This document shows positions 1-9,869 of a stretch of DNA of 22,537 nt, in pieces (position 1 is the first letter of the stretch; each line of letters begins with the position of its first letter). Position numbers and translations under genes: made by a program. Source of the stretch: Paraspadella gotoi (taxonomy: Eukaryota; Animalia; Chaetognatha); contig JBJCIZ010000489.1 in NCBI GenBank assembly GCA_051294375.1, positions 1 through 22,537 on the forward strand, in the 5' to 3' direction. Under the pieces are notes generated by a model. It was not told where the DNA came from, searched no databases, and saw only the letters and a list, made by a program, of their open reading frames with translations.

Positions 1-561
1 CTTCGTCACCCGTTCCCAAAATGAACGGGATCGTCGGGTCTTCGGCAGCAACGGATAGAAATTCATTGCAGAAATCTTTCTCTTGAATCTCGCGTCCGAT
101 TCACTACCAGTTTAATCGGAGTCTCATCTTCGGCGGATATCTTTCGTTTTTGAGAGGGAGTCGTTTTTCAACGATGAGGTTTAAGTTCTGGGGGCTGATT
201 CCTTGGTCAGCGCTGAGGTAAGTTGTTGGGGTGGAAGAGGTAAGTTCCTCCATGGCTTCATCTTGAAGTGGTGTTTGCGGCCGATGATGAGAGGGAGGGG
301 GTTTTAGGGAAGGGTGGAATGGGTATTGGTGATGGCCACAGTTTCTTTTTTCGAATTTGAGTTGACATATTGAGTCGCTATGTTAGATTCCTTGGACTGA
401 GGAATGAGTTCCATCAAATTGAGAGGGTCACATGGGTTTTATGCCAGCATTTCTGAGGCATCAGAGGCGAAGCTTGGGTTGAGGGCGTCGAATTCTCGCC
501 TTCCACATTGAGAGGAGAGATTGAGATGCTCCACCGGGCTCCACATTGGGTCGTTGGCCAT
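1..561 (-). other. Coding-like, interrupted reading frame downstream of pol (possible accessory ORF or exon)
   Basis: GC-richer than its flanks. Starts ATG GCC AAC GAC at 561 (MANDPMWSPVEHLNLSSQCGRREFDALNPSF...) directly after CTTTAG. Contains in-frame stops. No family recognised. Confidence 0.35.
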
Positions 562-1776
562 CTAAAGGTTTGTATATTATTAATTTGAGTATTTAATAAT
601 TCTTTATTTACAGGACTTTTGGTTTTACTGGTAATTGGTAATTTTTTCTTCTTACCATTGCTCCTCTCGGTGAGAATCAGAAATCTTGGAAAAGGAAGTC
701 ACAATTTGCTCAAAGGTAAGTTGAAAATGTTTTGTGAGCCAAACTCCCGTTGGTTAAGACTAAATTTATTATATAGAATCTGGGCGCTGGAAATAAAGTG
801 ACAAAAAATGAAGAAATTGAAGGCATCCAGACAATTTAAAAAAACTTTCAAATATGAGTTTAAAGTGAAAATAAATCCGCACATTAACAGTTTATGGATT
901 TTCATGTAGGAAAAACGTCAAATTCATTCCTTGTATTTCCTGAAAAAAAAAATATTTTCTTCTGTTTCAAGAAACGGTCACACGAGAATCTCTCAACAAA
1001 TGTTCATATTTATATCACGTGATCAGCGTCTTGACCCGGCAAAGCACTCTGAGTCTGGAATCTTTTCTTTCTTGTTACCACATGACATTTCAGTTTTAAT
1101 AAATTTTGTCTCCTTAAATTAACTGCACATGCTAAAAAACGAGCAAACGACGATCGTTTAGTTTAAATTTATGGCTTAAACTTTCGCTTTACTTATTCCT
1201 AAATAGTTTATCCTTAATTTGTTTCAAAGAAAAAACCTCAGCCAACCGGGAATTTTCCCTCGCTCCAATTTGCAGCGTCGTCCCGTTCATTAGGATTATT
1301 AATTTAAGAAAGGTAAGCATAATAATTCTGATTTATAAGAGCACGGTTTAGCTAAACTCTGTATAATATTTAACTTAAAAAAAATCATTGCACAGATTTT
1401 CAGGCCAAGCACTCCTCAATAAATGAGAAACTTGAAAAAAATTATAATATATTTTAACTGATCTTTGTCATTAACGCGAAGACATAGTTTTTACTTAAAG
1501 CAAAGCTAATCCAATATTATTTTTAAATCCGCGTCCTCTTCCATTTGTTTATTGTGGATTTATTTCTCTTCCGTATGTAATAATGTAATTGGAGGAGCTT
1601 CATTCAAATTACGCGATATGATTGGTTGTTGACCTTTTAGTTTTAATTTTTTCACTGGGAGCTGCTGCGCTGCAGCGTAGTTTATTTCCTAGGCAAATTT
1701 CGTCTGCTGCTTCAATTCTTCCTTTTCCAGAAATATTTTTTCATCTTTTCGAGTTTTTAATCGACTTCCAGCGTAA

Positions 1777-2660
1777 CTAACGAATTTTTATGGCGGCGGC
1801 AGATTTTTCCGCTCGCGAGACGAATTTTGGCTTCGCGTCATGCGGCCCGTCGCCAAAGGTTTCGACGATGACTCCAGTTTTCCATGCTTCCCTTGGGATG
1901 CTCGGCTCAAAAAGAAGGACGACGCGACCAACTTGAAGATCTCCAGAAGAATTTGTCCATTTTGTTCTTTGACGGAGAGTGACTAGATATTCTGCTATCC
2001 AGCGCTTCCAAAACTCGTCGGCGGCTTTGCGGACAACTTTCCAAGATGCGCGCATTGTATCTCCCTCTGACGGCGCGTAAGGTAACAAGGTGAGCGATGT
2101 TGATGTATGTAAATATGGGTAGAGAAAATTTGAAGGTGAAACACAATCTCATCCAATGGATCTGTTGATGCATAAGTAAGTGGTCTTCTGTTGAGAATGC
2201 CAGCAATTTCACAGAGGATTGTTTGAATGTATCTATGTCTGGTTCAGGTGGCATGGCGGCTGTTATGTGTTTTTTAGCTGATTTAACAAGCCTTTCCCAC
2301 ACTCCTCCCAGGTGAGTATGTGGTGGGCCAAATCTCCATTCAATGCCTTTGTTACTAATTTCCTCATTAAATTTTTCCTCCTCTCTAAGCGTTTGAGTTG
2401 AGATTCTAAGTCATTCGCTGCTCCAAAAATTTGTACCATTATCACTGATCAGAGTTTCCAATCCAGGATAGATATTTTTAAATCTAATTAATGCATTTAA
2501 ACTGAGGCTGTGCTCATATCCTTAAGTACCTCAAAGGCCACAGCTCGTGTTGCTAAACAAGTGAGTATAAAACATTTTCTTATTCAGGCCTCGTCCAGCA
2601 AGCTTCACTTTAAACGGCCCAAATACATCAACTCCGTCGTCTTGAAGGGCTTTGTTGGCT
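1777..2660 (-). pseudogene. pol: BEL/Pao integrase core and C-terminal DUF5641-like domain, frameshifted
   Basis: Reading across frameshifts gives GVDVFGPFKVK, TCLATRAVAFE, SDNGTNF, GGVWERLVKSAK and FWKRWIAEYLVTLRQRTKW...GRVVLL...PREAWKTGVIVETF. The frameshifts may be read errors. Confidence 0.9.
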
Positions 2661-5044
2661 CACTCTCTCACTTGGTAAGTTTGCCATTTTCTGTGGCGTT
2701 GGTTCCTTAAAAAGTTTTTGACACTTATACATTTTCGTATTACAGTGTCAACGGACACGATTCTTCCTCCAAAGATTGTATACTTTTGATTCAATGCGTG
2801 AAATGTGGCGCTGGTTCCCGAGTGCAGCATACTCTCATGTTTATCTCGAATTATGGACTTCACAATTTCATCATCCTTGGGTAAGATTAATGGGTATTTA
2901 GTTTCGTATGGCATACTCTCAGCATTTCCAAGGCGACCACCGGTACGAAGACAATTATTTTCATCTATGAATGGGCTCAATGAAGTAAGTTTTGAGTTCT
3001 TGCTTCTTAACTCTTTATGAGCATTGGGTGTCAATACTCCAAGCTTTAATANNNNNNNNNNCTCTTTTCTAAAATGCTTCTCTTGAACTGCTCTGTACAA
3101 CATTGTTCTTGCATTGTTAAAATCTNNNNNNNNNNGTTCAATTTTTGGAACTTTCAAGACCGTCTGCTCTTTCTTTTTCTTGAGAAATTTTAGCAATTCA
3201 ATGACTGCTTTAGAAAAATATGCAACTCTCCTTACTTTTTGACGCCAATCTGATATCTTTTCACAGATACGAATGGACCAGCTGTCAACTTTGGTTTCCG
3301 CGGTCGGGAAGATTGGATATTCTTTTGTGGCATTTATGCAAACCAACTCAATAGGTGAGTAATCACTATTGTCATGTGAGTAATCACTATTNNNNNNNNN
3401 NTCTGTTGGATCAGCTAACTTAGATTTAACTTTTTCTTTTTCAGGGTTTTTTGAAGTCGGCCATTCGTTCTTTGGTCGGCGAAGCCACGTTGGACCATTG
3501 TGAAAAATCTTCCATTTCTTCTCCTCACTGGCGTCAAGACCTCGACTGGCAAAATCAGCGGGATTTTCAGATCCTTTTACGTGTTCCCATTCACTAACTT
3601 TTGACAAAAGTCGGATGGTTTTCAACCTAAATTGTTCAAATGTTTTGAATCTTTTTTCCCAATCGCCTATCCATTTTAAAACTGTCATAGAATCTGTTAA
3701 CATTATAATGCTTTCAAACTCTTCTCCCGATTCTCTCACTATTGTGTCTCGAGTTTGAGCTGCTAATCTTGCCGAATTTAGTTCTAATCTTGGCATGGAT
3801 TGGCAATGATCCAGCTGACCAGGTACAATTTGTCTTTGCATCTGCAATGGAACGACGTGGGACTTTGAGTAAAATAGTGCAACGTGACAACTACTTTCAT
3901 CTTTGTTCATTTTTTTTAAATATGCTACGACTCCATAACCATCTAATGATGCATCACAAAATATTATTAGTTGAGTTTTGGCTACTTGTAGACCGAGAAT
4001 TGACGTCCATCGTGGGATTGAAAATTTTTTCAATTGAAAAATTTCTTTTCTCCATTTCTCAAATCCTTTTAGTATGCTTTCTGGTAGCTTTTCATCCCAG
4101 CCTAATTTTTTGTTTGTTGCTTGTTGAAAGAATATTCGGCCCTTTAATATGTAAGGTGATACTATCCCCAGAGGGTCAAAAACGGATGCAGTCAATCGTA
4201 ACATATCACGTCTGGTTTTAACTTCTTTCTCTGCTCTGTCAGAGATCCTCACAAAAAATATATCTCTTGCAAAATTGTATCCAACTCCAAGAATTTTACT
4301 GGCATGTTCATCTTGGGAGGGGTCATCAGGAAGGGCATTATCTGCTATTTTTTCCAGGTCATCTGATGCTTCAGTTTCTGTTGCCGCTGCGACCACAGAC
4401 GGGGATGCAACGTCAGCTTCTTCTACAATTGGATCATCCAATAATACTCTCGGATCTGAGCTTTGCCATTTGCACAATTCAAATCCGCCTTTCTTCATTA
4501 CATCTGTGAGTTCAATCCTAAGCTGTCGAGCTTCTTCAGAGTCATGCAGGCTGTTGAGCAAGTCATCCATATAAATTTTTAAGAACATTGAAATGAATGC
4601 CTCAGGAGAGATTTCGTGTTGAAGTTTCTTGGCATGGTATTTCACCACCCAATTTGCAATGCCGGGACTGCTTGCACCGCCAAAAACTTGTACTCGGGAC
4701 TCGAGCGGTTCTAGCTCCTTCAAGGTTTTATNNNNNNNNNNAAAAAATCTGAAAGCCCCCATATCGGCTGGATCAATCTCCACTTGTGGGAAAAATGCTT
4801 TTATATCTGCAGACAGTGTTACTTTCTTTTGACGAAACTTCATCAGGATTCCCAAAAGTGGTGTGAGATTATCTGGACCTGGGATGAGAAAGTCATTTAA
4901 AGATGTGCCTTTCACTTTGGAAGCAGCATCTTGGCAAACCCTGAATTTCCCAGGTTTGTCTGCTCTGGTAACAATGTGTAGTGGACTGTAATATTCAGGA
5001 AGACCCTCTCCAACTCCTCTACTTCTACTTTTCTTGTTGGCCAA
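2660..5044 (-). CDS. pol: BEL/Pao reverse transcriptase, RNase H (Pao peptidase_A17-type region) and integrase N-terminal zinc domain
   Basis: KFRVCQDAAS, SLNDFLIPGP, ADIKAFF, FGGASSP, YMDDLL, ASVFDPLG, IFCDASLDGYGVVAY, PRLEL, NPADFASRG, LSPFID..LRTGGRL, HESMLHSG. The ORF spans several 10-N gaps. Confidence 0.96.
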   Translation of the reverse strand: MANKKSRSRGVGEGLPEYYSPLHIVTRADKPGKFRVCQDAASKVKGTSLNDFLIPGPDNLTPLLGILMKFRQKKVTLSADIKAFFPQVEIDPADMGAFRFFXXXXKTLKELEPLESRVQVFGGASSPGIANWVVKYHAKKLQHEISPEAFISMFLKIYMDDLLNSLHDSEEARQLRIELTDVMKKGGFELCKWQSSDPRVLLDDPIVEEADVASPSVVAAATETEASDDLEKIADNALPDDPSQDEHASKILGVGYNFARDIFFVRISDRAEKEVKTRRDMLRLTASVFDPLGIVSPYILKGRIFFQQATNKKLGWDEKLPESILKGFEKWRKEIFQLKKFSIPRWTSILGLQVAKTQLIIFCDASLDGYGVVAYLKKMNKDESSCHVALFYSKSHVVPLQMQRQIVPGQLDHCQSMPRLELNSARLAAQTRDTIVRESGEEFESIIMLTDSMTVLKWIGDWEKRFKTFEQFRLKTIRLLSKVSEWEHVKGSENPADFASRGLDASEEKKWKIFHNGPTWLRRPKNEWPTSKNPEKEKVKSKLADPTXXXXNSDYSHDNSDYSPIELVCINATKEYPIFPTAETKVDSWSIRICEKISDWRQKVRRVAYFSKAVIELLKFLKKKKEQTVLKVPKIEXXXXDFNNARTMLYRAVQEKHFRKEXXXXLKLGVLTPNAHKELRSKNSKLTSLSPFIDENNCLRTGGRLGNAESMPYETKYPLILPKDDEIVKSIIRDKHESMLHSGTSATFHALNQKYTIFGGRIVSVDTVIRKCISVKNFLRNQRHRKWQTYQVRE

Positions 5045-5608
5045 CTTTGATAGCCTCTTCTATGGTAGCAAAAACTCCTTCTTTTAGAACAGGATCTTTT
5101 GCCAATTTCTGCGCCGACTTTCTTGCTCGTCGTTTCGCATTTTCCATTGTCGCCGCTCGTAAATTTTTAAAAATTTTGGCCGTCTCCTCTCTCCCTTTTT
5201 TCCATGGAGTTGGAGCACTATAATGGCCAGTTTCATTGTTAAATCTAATACCCTCTTCCAGCTGCTGTATGGCATACTGATCTTGGGCAGACGGGTGACT
5301 CACCTCGGAATCATACCTGTCGTCACCTCGTAAATAAAATCATGTTTGAACATGGTAGATATTAAATATTCGAGTTTTTCAAACTCAGGTGAAGTAGAGC
5401 AGCAATTTATCTGGTCTCGCTGTGTCCGCATTCTCACTTGCTCCAATTAAAGTCCAGCCAAAGCATGTCTTCCAGCGCCGTTGGGAATCCCACTTGGCCA
5501 ACCCTCGTCTCACCTCCAACCCATGATGGGGCGATCCCGAGCATCAAGATTGCATCACAATCTAATTCGTCAAAATATACATCTTTCATATACTGATAAT
5601 CCAAAATT

Positions 5609-5845
5609 TCATGGTTTTTTGTTGGCTTGNNNNNNNNNNGTTGAGAAAGTTTCATCCAAATTTGTTATTTTGATGTCAACATAGTCTCTGTAAGCTTGAC
5701 TAGTTGAGTTATAGGTTGTAAGGTTTGTAAATAATGTGTATGGTTCCAATTTTAATTTGTTAATTATTCTGGTTGAAATTGCCGATCGAGTTGCCCCCGA
5801 ATCGAGCATTGCGTACGTCACAACTCTCTTGGAGCCGTTTACCAC
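5609..5845 (-). CDS. pol: BEL/Pao aspartic protease domain (fragment of gag-pol)
   Basis: VTYAMLDSGATRSAIS carries the D-S-G active site, located between the knuckles and RT. Confidence 0.88.
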   Translation of the reverse strand: MVNGSKRVVTYAMLDSGATRSAISTRIINKLKLEPYTLFTNLTTYNSTSQAYRDYVDIKITNLDETFSXXXXQANKKP

Positions 5846-5899
5846 AACTACGGGGACAATTGGACGAAATGCTCCCGTCGTGGCGTACGCTGCCGCCAG

Positions 5900-6535
5900 T
5901 CAGGACGACGTGGTGGCCTCTGGGGTGCTTTTGTGCAGCGACGTGTGATGACGCCCAGCACAGGTTCTGCAGCCCAGTAAACTTTTGCAATCATTCGCAA
6001 GATGTCCATTCTCAAGGCAACATCTGCAGAGCCCTTTCTCCCTCACAAAGGCTGATCTTGCGTCAATATTTAGTTCTAAGTATTTTCGGCAGTTTCGAGT
6101 TTGGTNNNNNNNNNNACACATGGCACAGATTGGTATTGGATTATTTCTTGGTGCATGTGTTGCTGGGTTTGCATTAGGGTGTGGAAATTTGATTGTCGTG
6201 GATGACGAGCCTTCTGTTGATTCTGAATTTGNNNNNNNNNNTAGTTTAGAATGATTTGCAGTAACGGCGCCAAATCGGACAGGAAACTGGCGATGTTGTA
6301 GNNNNNNNNNNGTTGTAGTTGCCATTGGAGTTGCAGTTGTTGGCTTTGCCTCGCNNNNNNNNNNGTAAGTTGCTTTCTGTTCATAAATCTTAGCTGACCT
6401 TTTCAGGAATTTAATAAAAACTTTAAAGTCTACAGCTTTGATTTCCTCATCACTGTCATCATCGTCATCACTGTCGCTGTCACTATCACTGCTAAGATGT
6501 TTCATCTGCTTTTCAACTGACTTCGATAATACTTC
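5900..6535 (-). CDS. gag: BEL/Pao gag C-terminal part with Cys/His zinc-knuckle cluster
   Basis: ORF 5900..6589 contains CAMC...QTRNC, GLCRCCLENGHLANDC and CRTCAGRHHTSLH, the triple knuckle typical of BEL/Pao gag. Codons above ~6535 come from different DNA. Confidence 0.9.
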   Translation of the reverse strand, partial: EVLSKSVEKQMKHLSSDSDSDSDDDDDSDEEIKAVDFKVFIKFLKRSAKIYEQKATYXXXXEAKPTTATPMATTXXXXLQHRQFPVRFGAVTANHSKLXXXXNSESTEGSSSTTIKFPHPNANPATHAPRNNPIPICAMCXXXXQTRNCRKYLELNIDARSAFVREKGLCRCCLENGHLANDCKSLLGCRTCAGRHHTSLHKSTPEATTSS

Positions 6536-7050
6536 GCCCGCCGCCCTTGGCGATATCCTCAGCGTCCGCCGGGCGTCTGGAGTGACCACGACGGCACCTT
6601 CGGAGGGAGGGCCTTCAGCGTTGAGGGGCCCGCAGCAGGTCGTCGACGTCCAAACCCTCTGCTGGGCCGAGGATGCCGCCGTGCAGAAAATCCCGAGGGT
6701 GTTTTCCCCCCAAGATTCGTAGAGGAAATTTAGTTTTCTCCGCCCCGTTCCGCCTTCGTCGGTTTGTCACGCCTCCAGTAGCGCGCCGTTTGAGGGCCTC
6801 GCTACGGATTCGGTTTTGATTTCTTGGCGGCGGTCGAGGAAACAAAATCTCGTTATTTCCGTTGCCACCTCCTCGTTCAAAGCCATTTACGAACGTGGTG
6901 AACTTCGTTAAAGAAAAACCGAGATGTTCCTTGACGGCGAGTTGGCGACTCCGCCTCGCACGAACCAGAGATCGGCGTCGTTGCGTCCCAGAACTCCGGG
7001 AGTTTTGACTGAGACGGCCGATGTCGAAAGGGCGTTGAAGCAGCGGCCAT
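6536..7050 (-). pseudogene. gag: Gypsy-type gag N-terminal fragment (DUF7041-like), frameshifted and truncated
   Basis: From the ATG at 7050, joining frames gives approximately AVSVKLPEFW..DADLWF..AE.....TKFHHVV.AL.EEVATEI.D....PP...EALK, resembling the KLPPFW/LWF/TKF motif series of these gags. The block is GC-rich. Confidence 0.7.
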
Positions 7051-7198
7051 GACCGTCTTTGGAAAAAAACATCGAGGGCGGGTTGGCGGAGAAAGAAAGA
7101 AAGGCAGTTACCCCTTTAGAAAATCTTTTTTTAGATAGATCCCGTTCACGGTTCTTAAAAAAGACCTGATATCACGAAGGCAGAAAAAAAAAATAATT

Positions 7199-7214
7199 CT
7201 CGCGGCGCTCACCA
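7199..7214 (-). promoter_or_regulatory. Putative primer-binding site of the Gypsy element
   Basis: TGGTGAGCGCCGCGAG about 150 nt upstream of the gag ATG. It loosely resembles a tRNA-Trp PBS (TGGTGACCCCG). The adjacent LTR could not be delimited. Confidence 0.4.
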
Positions 7215-7794
7215 TTAAGGCGGCACTTTTTTGCATAAGTAAAGTTTGATTATCAATTTGATAATTACGAGCGACGATAATTAACAATTACAACGCTTAA
7301 ATATTTTGCGATCGGACCTGATCGAAAGCACGCTTAAATTTTACCCAGTGCACTTGATCGTTTGTTTGTTTATGGATACAAAATACGTTTTACAATTAGT
7401 TCGATACAATAAAACAATGTTAAATACATGTCGAACGAAAAGGTACAATTCGATGTAGTTTACAAAACTGTAATGATCGTCATTGTACATTGAATATTTC
7501 TACAAATAAACACTAAAAAACGTTTCAATCTTTCAGAAGGCTGTGAAAATCTTTTTAGTTTGTGCTTTTCGTTAAGCTCTCTGATTCGTCGGTTTCGCCG
7601 GCTCTGCAATGCGCGTGAGGCGAGATATTTTGTCCGTGTTTCGCTGATCCGACCAGCGTCTTCAATATTAAGGATTACGACTGATGAGTAGTTTGTAAAG
7701 AGCGAAAAAACTGAAATGTTAAGAGGAAATTTAATTATAATAGTAAAGAAGGAATTGCTAAGAGTTAACTATGAAACAAGGACTTTCTTAGCCC

Positions 7795-8005
7795 AGTGAA
7801 TTGTAAGTGTCGAATTGTGAAGAGTTAATTGATTAGGAGTGAATAGTGAAGACGTGAATTAGCTAAGCATTGACTTTCTCTAAAAGTGAATGTTAAGGAT
7901 AATAGCGAATTTGTTACAATTAAATTGGTAAAAGAGTGAATTGTTAAGAGATAATAGCGAATTATTAACATTAAATTGTTAAAGAGTGTGAATTGTTAAG
8001 AATGA
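7795..8005. repeat. Degenerate minisatellite (core GTGAATTGTTAAGA), ~50-bp higher-order unit in the right half
   Basis: Repeated gtgaattg/gcgaatt cores; gataatagcgaatt...ttaaattg occurs twice between 7880 and 8000. Confidence 0.7.
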
Positions 8006-8099
8006 ATTTTGTATAGAGAGTGATTACTAAGAGAGGCGCTCAACTCAATTGGCGGTCCGAGTGCCTTCGAGTTGGCAGGCGAGTCCCAGTCCCTCTCCC

Positions 8100-8315
8100 C
8101 AGAGAAAGCGAGAGTCTTCGTTTGTGGGGTGAGAAATTCAGCTCGAGCAGTGAGAGAGAAAGGAGGGGGAGAAATAGAGACGGAGAAGGAGATAGAGGCG
8201 GTGAGAGAAGAAAAGAGAGGGAGAAGGAAATAGAGAGAGAGAGAAAAAAGAGGGGAGAGAAAAAGCGAGGGGGAAAGAATAATAAAATAGAGAGAGGTAA
8301 TAGAGGGACAGAATA
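8100..8315. repeat. GA-rich low-complexity tract
   Basis: Nearly pure purine sequence (gagagagaaaggaggggg...). Confidence 0.8.
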
Positions 8316-8509
8316 GTTAAGGGAGGATAATCAAACAGTTAACCGATGACTTTAAAAAAAAGGATGACTTAAGGGCGGTGAGTGCCAACAAAAAAATTAA
8401 TAATATTAATAATAATATTAATATAATAAAGTAATTAAATAAAAATGACGACCATAAGATAATAAAAGCAGATCTAATGATATATTGAAAACCAACAAAA
8501 AAAAGCAGT

Positions 8510-8597
8510 GGGCAAGTCGCGTGGGGATTCGAACCCACGCCTCCGAAGAGACTTGGCTGCCTTAAACCAGCGCCCTTAGACGCCGCGCCACGCTACC
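8510..8597 (-). tRNA. tRNA-Leu(AAG), indel-bearing copy
   Basis: Reverse complement GGTAGCGTGG...TCTAAGGGCGCTGGTTTAAGGCAGCCAAGTCTCTTCGGAGGCGTGGGTTCGAATCCCCAC...GCC, with a long variable arm and a T8 terminator downstream (8497-8504). Confidence 0.9.
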
Positions 8598-8705
8598 TGC
8601 TGGGCGCGTTAAGCAAGCGCACAAAGGACGAGCGAGTTGTCTGCAACGAAACAAATCGTAGATTGGCGACATTTCCTGAATTCTTGGATACTTCATCAAT
8701 CGACT

Positions 8706-8780
8706 GGTTCCCATAGTGTAACGGTTTAGCACCACAGGACTCTGAATCCTGTAATCGAGTTCGGAATCTCGGTGGAACCT
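8706..8780 (+). tRNA. tRNA-Gln(CTG)
   Basis: GGTTCCCATAGTGTAACGGTTTAGCAC...CAGGA-CTCTGAA-TCCTG...GAGTTCGGAATCTCGGTGGAACCT. The anticodon stem is perfect and a T-run lies at ~8800. Confidence 0.92.
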
Positions 8781-8841
8781 TAACACTAAAGAATTAAACT
8801 TTTTTAAAAATTTTTTGTTAACATTTACCAGATAAAAAAGC

Positions 8842-8918
8842 TAGCCAGCGGATGCGTTTCGATCCATCAACCCTCTGGGTTTATGGGCCAAGCACGCTTC
8901 CACTGCGCCCACGCTGCT
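8842..8918 (-). tRNA. Initiator tRNA-Met(CAT)
   Basis: Reverse complement AGCAGCGTGGGCGCAGTGGAAGCGTGCTTGGCCCATAAACCCAGAGG...GGATCGAAAC..., with A1 and the GATCGAAA T-loop of eukaryotic iMet, then a T6 terminator. Confidence 0.92.
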
Positions 8919-9247
8919 CTATCGGTTATATAGTTGAGATATAAAATTCAAGCCTTGATTTGGGATTTATAATTCATTTTAGAAATCAAATTTTCAAGAA
9001 ATTAAATCAATACAAGGTCAATATTTCCTCCGCCCCGCACCCCCCTTTAAAAAAAAAACCTCGCAAAAAAACCATTCGAAAACATCGAGAAAGAAACAAA
9101 GACTGTGATTTGCGACAAAAAAAAAATCGATTCTCGTATTCAATGATGACGAAAGCCGACGGACCATGACAAGGACGACAGCTGCTTGAATTTGATTACT
9201 CACTCAAATAAGTTACCTATCTCATTAGTAACATTTACATTCTGCCT

Positions 9248-9315
9248 GCCCGGTCTAGCTCAGTCGGTAGAGCATCAGACTTTTAATATCTGAGGTCTAG
9301 GTTCTTCAAGTCCCT
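9248..9315 (+). tRNA. tRNA-Lys(TTT), 3'-truncated by LTR insertion
   Basis: GCCCGGTCTAGCTCAGTCGGTAGAGCATCAGACTTTTAAT..CTGAGG...TTCAAGTCCCT. The expected GTTCGGGCG is replaced by the LTR start TGTACAG. Confidence 0.9.
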
Positions 9316-9753
9316 TGTACAGATTAACGCTGGCAGAGCGGTCTTATTATAAAACCGGAGCGAACAAATGCTCTTTTGCAGATTAACACTGCTCTTAGAA
9401 AGAATCTTTACCGATATCAGTCGCGATGGTTTTATCAGAGGAGCGGGCAGCTTGGAATTAATTTTAGGAATTTGAGGATTTATTTCTTTTTGGTTTTTTA
9501 TTTATAAACTTTATACTTTCTTTTGCTGCCTCAGCCTAAAATGCCTACAAATGTAAGAAATGAAATTCAAATTTCTCTCTCTTTTTCAGTGAATTTGATA
9601 ATAATTCTTTGTTTAGGTTGAACTTCTCCTTTCTACTAAAATATAGTAAATAATTTGTTCTAACATTCGGGCTTTTAAGGTTTTAGGGCTGCTAGAGGTT
9701 AATGACGGCGCAATTTATCAATATTTGGGCTTATTTGGGCGGCATAAAGAACA
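9316..9753 (+). repeat. BEL/Pao LTR copy 1 (5' LTR)
   Basis: TGTACAGATT...CATAAAGAACA, near-identical to 14214-14645 and 16439-16871, with TGT...ACA termini. Confidence 0.95.
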
Positions 9754-9869
9754 TTCAACATTTAGCTAATGATAAATAAAATAGTAATGCGCGAATTAAC
9801 CCCCGGTTCGAGCCTGGCACACCAAGCCTGGATGAAATCGAACTGGTAACATTAAAATTAAATTCAGTA

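Larger units (their letters stand above)
1..6535 (-). mobile_element. BEL/Pao LTR retrotransposon, 3' half (gag C-terminus, pol, 3' region running off the window start)
   Basis: Domain order on the minus strand is gag zinc knuckles > protease > RT > RNase H > integrase > DUF5641-like tail, with BEL/Pao-type motifs. No 3' LTR is seen in the window. Assigning 1-1776 to the element is inference. Confidence 0.93.

Noticed and set aside
3354-3391. 21-bp tandem duplication (NSDYSHDNSDYSP) in pol
   Set aside because: It abuts an N gap in a variable linker and is likely trivial or assembly-related.
2805-6254. Plus-strand ORFs overlapping pol (for example 3742..4221)
   Set aside because: Antisense shadows of the pol frame with no recognisable motifs.
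5900-6589. Apparent in-frame fusion of Gypsy-derived sequence to BEL gag in the 229-aa ORF
   Set aside because: The junction coincides with the edge of the apparently inverted block, and the first ~18 residues do not look like the Gypsy gag frame.
7676-7715. CTGATGAG...CGAAA possible second hammerhead
   Set aside because: Stem II does not pair and no convincing stem III or cleavage triplet is present.
8020-8316. 98-aa Arg/Glu-rich ORF, and a possible tRNA-like stretch at 8035-8095
   Set aside because: The ORF is a translation of the GA-rich tract. No cloverleaf or A/B boxes could be built.
8510-9315. tRNA genes as cargo of the BEL element
   Set aside because: They lie outside the LTR boundary defined by the TSD-flanked copy and are absent from that copy.
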